NCBI GenBank assembly: GCA_000002445.1
Contig: CM000208.1
Span: 2,880,001-2,944,000, forward strand
DNA from: Trypanosoma brucei
Taxonomy: Eukaryota
Direction: 5' to 3'
Length of the DNA: 64,000 nt
The position numbers and the translations under genes are program-made. Numbering within the stretch: position 1 is the stretch's first letter; each line of letters opens with the position of its first letter. This document shows, piece by piece, positions 21,615 through 31,342 of this stretch. The notes beneath the pieces were generated by a model, which saw only the letters and a list, made by a program, of their open reading frames with translations, was not told where the DNA came from and searched no databases.

Positions 21615-22724
21615 ATGAGAAAGGGAATATTTTCTCACATCATCGATAGGATCGCCGGGGTTCCACACAGGAGCGTTGCCGCAATTCCATATGGGCAGTG
21701 GTTTAGTCTCTATGTGCAGTGTTTGAAGGCTCATCAGCGAAACACTGCAGCAGGGAGAGATGCCAATGAGCTGAAGGTTGCACGCCAAAACCTGGATGTG
21801 TCGCTTCTTAGCAGCGTGGTATCGCAGAAGTGGACTGAAGTCATTGTTCCGAGTGACGATAAGTGTGATGCTCGTCAACCGCGATCATCAGTCGGAAACG
21901 TGTTGTGGTGGCACGAGAGCGCTGAGGGTGCATGGCTCAGCTCCAACAATAAAATCCGTGGTTTGGAACTGGTAACTACGTCATTTTTGCTTGAGCCTCT
22001 TCTTGCAGGTCGCTCCATCGCTGCATGGACAGAGACAGTGCAACAATCAAGTGCCGCCGGTGGTCCGCTAATGCAGAATGACAAAGGGCAACCGAGTTTG
22101 TCACCTAACAAGAGTGGAGTGTTGGTAGTAGTGGTGCCGTTCTCAACTCTCTTCCAACTACGTGCCGAAGCTTACCCACGCGCACATACAGCGTCAGCAG
22201 ACGGGGAGAACACCCAGCAGAGGCAGTTATCCCTTCAGGAACGCAGAGCGCGCGTGGCCGTATTAAATTCCCTGCATCAACTTATGGAGCTGCAGTGCAA
22301 CAGCAACAACCGTTGGACAAATGTGGAATTTGCAATATGGAGTCCTGTGTCTGAGTTCGACGCGATAATGCATATATCGCAGGTACGCCTAAGTCTTCCA
22401 GATGCAGCGAAAAAACGCATCACACTGGAGACTGTATGCGAGTGCGAGGCCACTCGCTCTGCATACCTGGCGCATTACTTGACCCTTACAAAGAAAAATG
22501 TGCCCCTCGCGGTGCTCGCGCCTCAATCTCGGCAAACAGAACTGCAGCAGGTGCCTATCACGAACAGCTGTGTCAGGGCGCAATCGGCCTGTGAATCGGA
22601 AGTGAGACGACAGGGCCATTTGAAGAGGAGCACTGTGCACAGACAAGCGGTCACTGGATGTAGCGAACTAGTCAGACGTATGGCAACGCGTGAGGAGAAC
22701 CTACGGCAGATTATGATCCCTTGA
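21615..22724 (+). CDS. Hypothetical protein.
   Basis: A 369-codon ORF with an ATG start on the sense strand of the transcription unit. Confidence 0.45.
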   Translation: MRKGIFSHIIDRIAGVPHRSVAAIPYGQWFSLYVQCLKAHQRNTAAGRDANELKVARQNLDVSLLSSVVSQKWTEVIVPSDDKCDARQPRSSVGNVLWWHESAEGAWLSSNNKIRGLELVTTSFLLEPLLAGRSIAAWTETVQQSSAAGGPLMQNDKGQPSLSPNKSGVLVVVVPFSTLFQLRAEAYPRAHTASADGENTQQRQLSLQERRARVAVLNSLHQLMELQCNSNNRWTNVEFAIWSPVSEFDAIMHISQVRLSLPDAAKKRITLETVCECEATRSAYLAHYLTLTKKNVPLAVLAPQSRQTELQQVPITNSCVRAQSACESEVRRQGHLKRSTVHRQAVTGCSELVRRMATREENLRQIMIP

Positions 22725-23061
22725 CTTTGTTCATGGTCTCTATGCTTATTGTCTTCCACGGTTCATCACCTTCATTGTTCAATTCATGGGAAAGCAATTT
22801 GGGGAGGGGGATTGTGCGAATTGCGACTTTGAAACTTCTATTTCTCCTCTTGCGAGTCACTGTGTTGGTGGGAAATGGAAGGATAATTCTCTCTTATGCT
22901 GTGTCACCCGTCTCAACTATAATTTCCCCGTTGCCACAAGTTCTTCCCTTTGTTGCACCCACTCACGGGTCCTCTTGTCAGTGTGGCATGCTGGAAACCG
23001 TTGTGAAGGTAGCGGAAGGCATTGAGTTTTAGAACGTGAGTGAGGCAGTTAGCCAGCTGGC

Positions 23062-24363
23062 ATGGACTCGGTTTGCCCGGAGCGATCTGTGACGTGTGTT
23101 ACATGGAACCATGATGGAAGCAACTTGGCAGTAGGTCTACGATGTGGTTTCATCATTTACAGCACGGAGCTACTGCACCTTGTCGACGGGAAATTGTTTG
23201 AAATCCTTTTCCAGCCCGTTGATGGTGGCGCAGGGTTAATTGCTTTGCATGGACAATGTAACCTAGTTTTTATCTCTGGGTGGGCGTACGATCACAGGGC
23301 CACTGTGGCAATATACGACCTTTCCGTGAAGGGGGAGGAGCACGACTCGCGTGACCGTGCTGTGCTGGCGAAAGTGACGATGGCAGAGGCAGTGAACGGG
23401 TTGTGTTTCCACCCGCTTTTAGTGATGGTTGGAACAGAAAGCGGTTTGGTACATGTCTTTAACCAGAAGCTCGAAAAGATACAGGAGTACAAAACGTCGC
23501 AAAAAATTCGGACGTTCGCCGGTGCCACGAGCAAAATGGCATTAGGCACAATGTTGGACAAAGAGGTGGCCGGTGGAGTTAATTACTTACTACTGCGTGG
23601 AGTTGTCGCCGGCCCAACCCCTGGCAGTGTGCGGTGTATCCGCTACGTCAGTGAGCGAAGTATGGAAGTTGAGTCGTCACAGTCTTCTCTTGAGGAGGAG
23701 GGTGGATGCGCGGCTGGACCCCTTGAAGAAAACGTTGTCGAACTGCACACAGCAGAGGTGCAGTGTATTGCCATTACGGTGGACGGTCGTTGTGCGGTCA
23801 CCGTTAGCGCACGGGGGACGATGCTCAAACTGCTTGACGTAAGGAAAGGGGTGGTAATCGGCCAGTACTCGCGTGGAGCGGCGCCTAACACAGTTCTCTC
23901 ATTGGCATTACACCAATGGATCGACCGTACAGTCCTAACGTGCATCTCAGATTCAGGGACACTCCATATTTTCCATGGTCCCCCATTAAAAAGGTCCAGT
24001 GAGCACCATGAAACAGCTGACACGACAACCGATGCAAAGTGGTCGGTCCCAGTCGTGCAGCGATTTAACGACTACATTAGCAGTGTGGGTGCGAAGTTTC
24101 GGATCACCATACCTGAGGATGGGTTGTCTGACGTTCATTGCAGAGAGAGATTGGATGTCGGTATGGCATACAGCACAGTTGTTCGCATTCACGATGCGAG
24201 CCTCTCACCCACTATTTTGGTTGCGCAGCGTTATATTAAGAGGGATGGTACATCGTCAAAAGGTCGTTTGCTATTCATCAAAGTGGATATGGCGGCAGAG
24301 GTGCCTGGTGTAGCACGGACAAAGGACCTGCGCAGCTTCTACTTTCCAAAAAGTGAAATGTAG
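23062..24363 (+). CDS. WD-repeat beta-propeller protein of the WIPI/Atg18 (PROPPIN) type.
   Basis: WD-like blades include VTCVTWNHDGSNLAVGL. SARGTMLKLLDVRKGVVIGQYSRGAAPNTVLSLALH aligns with the PROPPIN SxKGTlIRvFD....l.E.RRG....I.SlaF signature, but reads YSRG in place of FRRG. Confidence 0.55.
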   Translation: MDSVCPERSVTCVTWNHDGSNLAVGLRCGFIIYSTELLHLVDGKLFEILFQPVDGGAGLIALHGQCNLVFISGWAYDHRATVAIYDLSVKGEEHDSRDRAVLAKVTMAEAVNGLCFHPLLVMVGTESGLVHVFNQKLEKIQEYKTSQKIRTFAGATSKMALGTMLDKEVAGGVNYLLLRGVVAGPTPGSVRCIRYVSERSMEVESSQSSLEEEGGCAAGPLEENVVELHTAEVQCIAITVDGRCAVTVSARGTMLKLLDVRKGVVIGQYSRGAAPNTVLSLALHQWIDRTVLTCISDSGTLHIFHGPPLKRSSEHHETADTTTDAKWSVPVVQRFNDYISSVGAKFRITIPEDGLSDVHCRERLDVGMAYSTVVRIHDASLSPTILVAQRYIKRDGTSSKGRLLFIKVDMAAEVPGVARTKDLRSFYFPKSEM

Positions 24364-24717
24364 AGTTTGTTGTGCAGCCCATACCTCCAGCAGAGCAAAT
24401 TACCGAGGTGTGTGTGGGGGAGGGCGAAGGACGCATAAAGCGTTCGCTGTTGCAGGTGATTAGTGTCTTTTTTTTACTTTTTTTCAAAGTGTGGTTGTTT
24501 TTTGTCCGCACACTGTTCTTTCATTTTTGTTGTAGAAACAAGAACACGCCACCATTCTTGCTTGCTACTAGGTGCGTGCACGTGCGATTCATTGGGTCGG
24601 TCCCCGTTTCCTGTTCTGTGGCTTATGGCGTGTTCCCACGATTTAACTCCTTCCCTTTGTGTCACACCATGTTTCGTTAGAAGGGAGAGGTAAAAAGTTA
24701 CGAGTCATTTCAAATCG

Positions 24718-25701
24718 ATGTTCTACATTGACGATTTATTTTGGACATCGTTGAACTACGCCACGAGCTGGGTGGGCCTTGTCAGCATCCTAACGTACCT
24801 GTTGGTGGTGCTCCTGCAGCAGTTGGCGCTGCACGTGCCGCAGAACCTTAAGAAGAAGTACGCAGCCGAATGGGCTCTTGTAACAGGGGCGAGCAGTGGC
24901 ATTGGAAAGGCCATTGCGGAGAAGCTTGCCGAGCAGAAGATCAATGTTGTTCTTGTTGCATTGGATGACCCACTTCTGAGTAGTACCTTCGCGGAACTGC
25001 AACAGAGGTACCCCAAGCAAAGTTTCAGGAAGGTAGGAGTTAATCTGGGTGAGGAAGGGATGCGGTACATGCAGCCTATCGTCGAAGCAACAAAGGACCT
25101 TCATATCAATTTGTTGTTCAACAACGCCGGTTACATCAACACAGGACTCTTCGCCGACACCACCATTGAGCGGCTGCGCGCCAATATGGAATGCAATGCT
25201 GGATGTGCTGTGCCAATCACGCACCATTTCTTGCGTCAAATGCTGCAGCGGCAACAGCGAGGTCTTGTGAGCTTCACCTCCTCCGCCTCGTGTTACCTTC
25301 CCGGACCAACCGCTACGTTATACAGCCCAACTAAGGCTTTTCTAACAAACTTTGCAACTACTGTTGCGGCGGAGGTGCGTGACGCGGGTGTTGATGTTGT
25401 GGTCATTCACCCTTCACCTGTCAACACAAATTTCTACAAGAACCAGGGCCCACTGCTCAACTCACTCAAGACGGCACAAAGCGCAGCTGGTTCGCCAATG
25501 AACATCGCTGAACAAATATTCGCCGCCGCGGGGCGCCTGACGGTTTGGGACCAGGGAGTTACGTGTGCCGCATTCCGTATCGTGAACAAAGTCATCGACT
25601 TTCAGTTGTTTTCTGAGCTCGTCGTTCGCTTTGCGTGGCTGAACGGTGACCACAAAAGGCTCGTAGCAAATTCCAACACACGCGGGAAGAAGCAGTCCTG
25701 A
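24718..25701 (+). CDS. Short-chain dehydrogenase/reductase (SDR) with an N-terminal membrane anchor.
   Basis: ALVTGASSGIGKAIAEKLA (TGxxxGxG cofactor motif), NNAGY, and the YSPTKAF catalytic YxxxK are present. An N-terminal hydrophobic helix is present. Confidence 0.8.
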   Translation: MFYIDDLFWTSLNYATSWVGLVSILTYLLVVLLQQLALHVPQNLKKKYAAEWALVTGASSGIGKAIAEKLAEQKINVVLVALDDPLLSSTFAELQQRYPKQSFRKVGVNLGEEGMRYMQPIVEATKDLHINLLFNNAGYINTGLFADTTIERLRANMECNAGCAVPITHHFLRQMLQRQQRGLVSFTSSASCYLPGPTATLYSPTKAFLTNFATTVAAEVRDAGVDVVVIHPSPVNTNFYKNQGPLLNSLKTAQSAAGSPMNIAEQIFAAAGRLTVWDQGVTCAAFRIVNKVIDFQLFSELVVRFAWLNGDHKRLVANSNTRGKKQS

Positions 25702-26084
25702 TTATCGAAATAACTTTTTTTTTTACAAAAAAAGTGGAAACACTAGGAGGAAAGGGGGGAAACGGGATTGAGGGAAGGGTGTTTATTCAGTGACCGCCTT
25801 GCACACGTATATTACACGTGTCTTCACAAATGAAAGGATTGGAGAGTATTTCAGGTGAGCGAACGTCTGCGTATTTTGTTTTCGTCTCTTTTTGTAGTCT
25901 GCAACATAGGGATCATCTTACTCGTGGTAGAGTTTTTGTTGGTTTTCCTGCGGGTCGCGAGTTGGCCCAAGAGACTCTATGATGATGAGTTAAGCAGGGG
26001 CAATTTCGTGGATTGTTCTATGAGTTTTCTTGCTGGCTGCGCCGTGTACATCCACCCAGTGCCGCCGCTACACGACCGCTGTAT

Positions 26085-26160
26085 AACTTTTTTTTTTTGC
26101 GCGCATCGTCTCACCATGCTCGTCAGTTTTGTTTTCCCCCCACCCTTCTTTTTCTTGTTG
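26085..26160 (+). promoter_or_regulatory. Polypyrimidine tract followed by AG, a candidate trans-splice acceptor signal for the gene starting at 26195.
   Basis: The run cttttttttttttgcgcgcatcgtctcaccatgctcgtcagttttgttttccccccacccttctttttcttgttg is followed by ATAG/AAAG and then ATG 26195. Confidence 0.55.
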
Positions 26161-26194
26161 TATGCGCGTGCGTTCTTGAATAGGCAAAGAAAGA

Positions 26195-28573
26195 ATGGGG
26201 TCACCAACCCCAAACGTGCGAAGAGCGATGATTGCAGTGAGCCGGCGGCTGAAGCTTCGTCGACCACCGCGCACGCCCTCCGCAGGGGCAGTAGCAAGGG
26301 GAAGTTGCATAGAACAAACCTCCTCACATTTTGTAACGGCTGCTGTTGAGAGGCTCCACAGCCAAGTTGCACCCGTAACGCCCACACATGCTTCGCACAT
26401 GGACTCTCACAAGAGGGATCTACCGTGTCTGCTGCGCACGTTCCTCGACCAGGGGCACGCACCGCAGTTATCTTCGTCTGTTGTTTCATGTGCTGTCTCC
26501 TCCAAGCAGATTATTGGAAAAACCGCCAAATCAGCAGGGTTGGCTCGGAATGATGCAGAGGATATGCTAATGCAGTATCGACCGAAGATTGATTCCGCGT
26601 TGGTGCGGCGCGTCGCTTGTGCCATGGACGTGGAAGGGGCGTTACGGCGAGCCAGGAAATTGACGCAAGCGCTTCGCGAAGGTGGGGAGCTTGACAAAAT
26701 GCTCTCAAGTTGTGTATCGGTTTCCTCGCAGGTCACAAAGCAGGAGATGGAGCTGCAAGCGGGAATAGCGGCGCGGTTTCATCAGCAGGCCCGGGCCAAG
26801 CGGCAGATGAAACTACGCGGGTTTCGGCTGTCCACTAGTGACATTCAGGTGTCAGAAGTGCTTCCTGATGGGAATATAGTCACTTTTACAAATCCGACGC
26901 TTCCAAGTGCTGCGGGCACGTGCAGCAGGAAGTCTTCTTTGGACGGCAAACAGTTACCATACCTTTACTTTGTACTTTACAAAGAAAATATTTCGCTTGG
27001 AGACGCATTCAGGCTCTTGAGCGAAGTATCCGAAGGGATGTGCCGTCTCGAAGACTTCGCGGTGAATGTGGCACTCGAAGAGTCTGCTGTCACTGCGCAA
27101 CTCTGCAGCGTGCGCATTGCCCTGCTTAATGATGAAACCCACGGAATACGGCGATCAGCCGCGGTGAAGAAACTTCTCAGAGTGAACTTGCGACCCTTAC
27201 GACTTAGTGTTCAGCTAATCGGTTGGAGAGACCGCCCGTGCGAACCTGCCTCTAGCGGCATGTCCCAAGCCCAATACAGCATGCTTATTAGGGGAATCAG
27301 CGCGAATGAGCCAACTCACTTGGAGAGAAAGGTGCTGGCCAGATTCACGGCGTTTCCGAACTTCTTTGGGCCACGCCACTTCGGGCCATTTTGTTTGTTT
27401 CGCACTTACCACGCAGCTGCCGCGTGGGAACGGGGTATGCATGCGGAGGCACTCGTTATAGGAGCCTGCTTGAGTTATGCCGACAGCATTACATCGGGGA
27501 GTGGTTGGATAGGCAAATTGGTGGAAATTCTCCGTCAAGGCGAGGATCGCCTTGGCGTACTGAAAGAGTGGTACCAGTTTAACGTTCCCCACAGGCTGAG
27601 GGCGCAGATTGCTTCAAGTAAAGCTGCCCTGGTATGGAATGTGCTTGCAAGCTGCCGTATTCTTGAGTTGGGGGCGTGCACCATGGAAAGGTCCCCTGAC
27701 GTTGGGGATTTTGTGGTGGATGGAGGTCGTTGCCCTGCCCAAGTTGAGGAAACTGTAGAGAAGGTGGAACTCTTTCCAGAGTGTGGTTGCGGAAAGTGGA
27801 ATAGCCCCCCGTCCGTGGAGCGAAAGGGTAGGGATTGCGCAAATACTGAGGTTGTGAAATTCATCTCCACTCAAGAGGACGCTGCCCCGTACACGATACA
27901 TAATATTGTTGTACCGTTGGGCGCGGAAACTAATGGGGAGGTAAGAGGTCTGTTAATGCAACTGGGCTTCCGTCCCACCTTACATCCGGTTGAGCACTCG
28001 CAGAAACCGGTTGGTCACCGCCCACTCTTTGCAACGGGTAGTGGGTATCCGCGTGCAGCTTCTCCGTGGGTAAAGGCTCTGCCTGAGCTAACTGGAGGCA
28101 TTGCTGGGGACAACGGAGGTGTTTTTAGGCTGCTCACAGATGTAGAAATGCGCCAAAGCAGCAGCTACACAGCCCTGTCGAGAGGCCGGATGCGTGGAAT
28201 TTGGCCAGTGGGAAAGTATGGCTACCGGTTGACGGATCGCTTGCCCGCTGGAATCGTCTCTCTTGCCGCGTCGGACGCGACGTGGCGCGGAACCAGATGT
28301 CTTGCCATGCACTTCACCTTGCCAACACAAGTGTATAGCATGTCCCTCTTCCGAGAGTTCGTAGACATTGAGGACCTTACCGAAGTGACGGATCGCGTAT
28401 CTTCGGCAGGCGATAACAGGAAGGTGGAAGGATCACCTCCTGTAAGGGTGAATACAGCGTCAGTGGAAGGTAAGGGAATGGCAAGCGACCCTGGTCAGGG
28501 ATTTGTGGACGGCGATTTGATGGGTTTGAAGCGCAGAGTATCGGATGCGGGTGCAACAAATGCCGGTAAATAA
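26195..28573 (+). CDS. Putative pseudouridine synthase of the TruD/Pus7 family (tentative) with a mitochondrial-presequence-like N-terminus.
   Basis: FTAFPNFFGPRHFGPF resembles TruD motif NYFGxQRFG. I could not locate the catalytic GxKDxxA motif. The N-terminus MGSPTPNVRRAMIAVSRRLKLRRPPRTPS is Arg-rich and amphipathic. Confidence 0.4.
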   Translation: MGSPTPNVRRAMIAVSRRLKLRRPPRTPSAGAVARGSCIEQTSSHFVTAAVERLHSQVAPVTPTHASHMDSHKRDLPCLLRTFLDQGHAPQLSSSVVSCAVSSKQIIGKTAKSAGLARNDAEDMLMQYRPKIDSALVRRVACAMDVEGALRRARKLTQALREGGELDKMLSSCVSVSSQVTKQEMELQAGIAARFHQQARAKRQMKLRGFRLSTSDIQVSEVLPDGNIVTFTNPTLPSAAGTCSRKSSLDGKQLPYLYFVLYKENISLGDAFRLLSEVSEGMCRLEDFAVNVALEESAVTAQLCSVRIALLNDETHGIRRSAAVKKLLRVNLRPLRLSVQLIGWRDRPCEPASSGMSQAQYSMLIRGISANEPTHLERKVLARFTAFPNFFGPRHFGPFCLFRTYHAAAAWERGMHAEALVIGACLSYADSITSGSGWIGKLVEILRQGEDRLGVLKEWYQFNVPHRLRAQIASSKAALVWNVLASCRILELGACTMERSPDVGDFVVDGGRCPAQVEETVEKVELFPECGCGKWNSPPSVERKGRDCANTEVVKFISTQEDAAPYTIHNIVVPLGAETNGEVRGLLMQLGFRPTLHPVEHSQKPVGHRPLFATGSGYPRAASPWVKALPELTGGIAGDNGGVFRLLTDVEMRQSSSYTALSRGRMRGIWPVGKYGYRLTDRLPAGIVSLAASDATWRGTRCLAMHFTLPTQVYSMSLFREFVDIEDLTEVTDRVSSAGDNRKVEGSPPVRVNTASVEGKGMASDPGQGFVDGDLMGLKRRVSDAGATNAGK

Positions 28574-28816
28574 AGGCCGATGGCTACGATGAGGTGTGTT
28601 GAAATTAATTTCGTTCGGAAGAAACAAACTTGGACGGTTCTGTGGAGGTGTGGTTTTGTTTTTATTTCTTTATTGAGTGCCGTTTAATGCAGTGTCAAAT
28701 TGCCTTCTCTCTTACACTCTGTATTCGTTGTTAGTTGAACGAAGCGATTAAACTTATAGGGTGCTGCTCACAGGTGTCGCGCGAGACTGCAAAAAATTAA
28801 AAAGAATAACAGTAAA

Positions 28817-30244
28817 ATGTCGGTGGATTGGAATACCGTTCACCAAACAGTGTCGGACCACTGGGACACTTCTGTCGTTCCCGGTCTTTCAGAGTTTCTT
28901 GAGGTTCCAAACCAAAGCCCACACTATGATAAAGAGTGGGCGACGAATGGCCACATGAAGAAGGCGATGGACGTCGTGGTTAAATGGATAGAGAAGCAAC
29001 CGATCAAGGGAATGAAGTACGAAGTATTCGAGGATGAAGGCCTAACACCCTTCCTTGTCGTTGAGATCGAGGGGACAGAGCCATGCGCAAACACGCTGCT
29101 AATGTACGGGCACGTGGACAAGCAACCTCCACTCCTTCCCTGGGGTGAAGGCCTTCACCCCTACAAACCCGTGTATCGTGACGGCAACTTGTACGGTCGT
29201 GGATCCGCTGACGACGGTTATGCAGCCTATTTGGCAATCAGCGCCGTGGCGGCCGTTCAGAAACATGGGCTTCAACATGGCAAAGTTGTCGTCATCATTG
29301 AGGCGAGTGAAGAGTCGGGGAGCATGGACTTGCCCCATTACCTGCGCAGGTGCAAAGATCACATTGGAAATGTCGACCTCCTCATCTGCCTTGACAGTGG
29401 TGGTGCCAACCACGAGCAACTGTGGCTGACGACAGCGCTGCGAGGTCTCTGCGGGGGCGTGCTGACGGTTGAGACCATGAGGGAAGGTATGCACAGCGGT
29501 ATGTCTGGTGGCGTGGTCCCCGATTCGTTTCGTATCGCACGCATGCTTCTGGAGCGCATTGAGGATACAAATACGGGCAATGTGAAGATACCTGAGGCGA
29601 TCTGTGACATCCCCGAACATGTCATCAAGGCCGCGGAAGTAATGAGGTCCATACCACTGAAAAAGATGTTCGCTCTCCTTCCCGGCGTTGCAGCGGAAGC
29701 GGATGACAACGCGGAGCTTGCCCTGAGGAGTTCATGGAAGGCAGCCCTCACTGTGGTAGGCGACAACCTTCCGGACACCGCAACAGCCGGTAACGTCAAC
29801 CGTGCCAAAACCACTTTGCGCCTCTCTCTCCGAATCCCGCCAGTTGCGGATGCTGAGAAGGTCAGTGCGGCCATGAAGAGTATACTTGAGGCTGATCCCC
29901 CTTACAATGCAAAGGTCAATTACACCTCACATCACGACGGCACCGGCAGCGCCACCCCGGCCTTAAAACCGTGGCTTGCCCAAGCGCTCCACAGCGGTTG
30001 TGAAACTGCCTTCGGTAAGACTTATGCTTCGCAGGGTGTTGGTGGAACCATCCCCTTTGTCGCGATGCTGCAGCAAATGTTCCCCGAGGCGCAATTCCTC
30101 ATCACAGGGGTCGTGGGACCGAGGAGCAACATCCATGGACCGAATGAGTGTCTAAACGTGCCATTTGCAAAGGGTGTCACCACTTGTGTTGCGCGCGTGA
30201 TTGCTGAACACTTTCACGCAACGCCAAAGTTGCGAAAGGATTAG
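28817..30244 (+). CDS. M20-family metallopeptidase (carboxypeptidase/dipeptidase-like).
   Basis: YGHVDKQP, LYGRGSADDG (GRG-ADD motif), EASEESGS (metal-binding Glu pair) and a dimerisation-domain-sized insertion are present. Total length is 475 aa. Confidence 0.8.
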   Translation: MSVDWNTVHQTVSDHWDTSVVPGLSEFLEVPNQSPHYDKEWATNGHMKKAMDVVVKWIEKQPIKGMKYEVFEDEGLTPFLVVEIEGTEPCANTLLMYGHVDKQPPLLPWGEGLHPYKPVYRDGNLYGRGSADDGYAAYLAISAVAAVQKHGLQHGKVVVIIEASEESGSMDLPHYLRRCKDHIGNVDLLICLDSGGANHEQLWLTTALRGLCGGVLTVETMREGMHSGMSGGVVPDSFRIARMLLERIEDTNTGNVKIPEAICDIPEHVIKAAEVMRSIPLKKMFALLPGVAAEADDNAELALRSSWKAALTVVGDNLPDTATAGNVNRAKTTLRLSLRIPPVADAEKVSAAMKSILEADPPYNAKVNYTSHHDGTGSATPALKPWLAQALHSGCETAFGKTYASQGVGGTIPFVAMLQQMFPEAQFLITGVVGPRSNIHGPNECLNVPFAKGVTTCVARVIAEHFHATPKLRKD

Positions 30245-31112
30245 TAGCAAATTGTCTTCAACGCTACCTCTCTCCTTCACCGGAGCGTTTGTTTATAATT
30301 TACCTTTCAAGGAAACCCCCACTGGCGCCATTACATATTGCACTAGTGGTATTATCGGTACCGAGTGCTGAGCAGCGGAGTTTTTAACGTTCTGAGCAGA
30401 ATCAGCCATGTAAGCCTTCAGGAGGTCTAGCAGACAAAAAAACATGTCTTTCTTTTCCTTATTTGTTTTACGCATTTTTTTTATTTTGAAAATTTTCCGA
30501 TGCGTTATGACTTATCTATTTTCTTTTTACATTTATATTTTGTATTTAGCGTTTTGGCACAAACACCAATTATTTTTGCGATGTTTGAGAGCGTAACATT
30601 TTCCCCGCGTGCAATTACCACTGCCAGGCAATGGCGGTCGCAGGGGAGGGAAATGGAGTAGGGGAAACATTTGCATTTCGGTCAGATAACATTTTCTAGA
30701 CCGTCAGGTATTTTTCATCCGTGTGTTTGTTCGCGTGACCCCGTAACCCTTTGCACTTACCCGCTGCCCCGCCCAAAGTCTCCAACCACGAATAAAACAC
30801 TAATTGTCCCACTTATTGGCTAGATAATGAAAATATAGGAAAGCGGCACAGGAATCGAGGGCCATGCAGCGGAAACATCGGTGCCCAAACAACCAACGAT
30901 ACTGCACATGGAGAGAGGTTTGCACTAAAAAGCATAGTCATCTCGACGTGATTGCCACTTCGTGTTCGCCCCGAAGCACCCGACCTTTGAATGGTTATGG
31001 GCTCATCGGCCTGTCAAGGCGCTTGTGTTACGGAAGGGCCTCGCCGAATGTAAGCTTTTCAAGTTTCATTGTTCCTCTAATTTGCTCGACGGGTGGAAGG
31101 AGTGGAAGGTGC

Positions 31113-31124
31113 GGGGGGGGGGGG
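31113..31124. repeat. G12 homopolymer.
   Basis: The sequence reads gcgggggggggggga, in the intergenic region upstream of the last + strand gene. Confidence 0.8.
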
Positions 31125-31342
31125 AGCGCAGTCCCTTGGAGCTGAAGCACGGCGTTTGCAAAAACGTTTGTCGGCATATTTTGTGCAGTTTGGTAAAAAG
31201 GCGTGAGTGAAAGAGGAAACCAATTGCTCAGTTCATCCTTCTCTGTTAATCCGTGAAAAGCGCAGCCTTTCTTTTAGGAAGTAGAGGGGATTCACCGCAC
31301 AACGGAGCGGGAGGCAAAGTGCAAGCGCACTTGTTGAGGAAA

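Noticed and set aside
25855-26349. A 164-aa + strand ORF spanning the intergenic region and overlapping the start of the next gene.
   Set aside because: Its translation is dominated by the F/L/V runs of the polypyrimidine tract at 26085-26160, which is splice-signal sequence. No domain is present.
29099-29874. Long antisense ORFs of 173 aa and 171 aa, plus several 60-90 aa ORFs, overlapping the M20 peptidase gene on the opposite strand.
   Set aside because: They are on the non-transcribed strand of the transcription unit. They have no motif, no ATG context and no polyY signal. They are typical stop-poor antisense frames of a GC-rich coding region.
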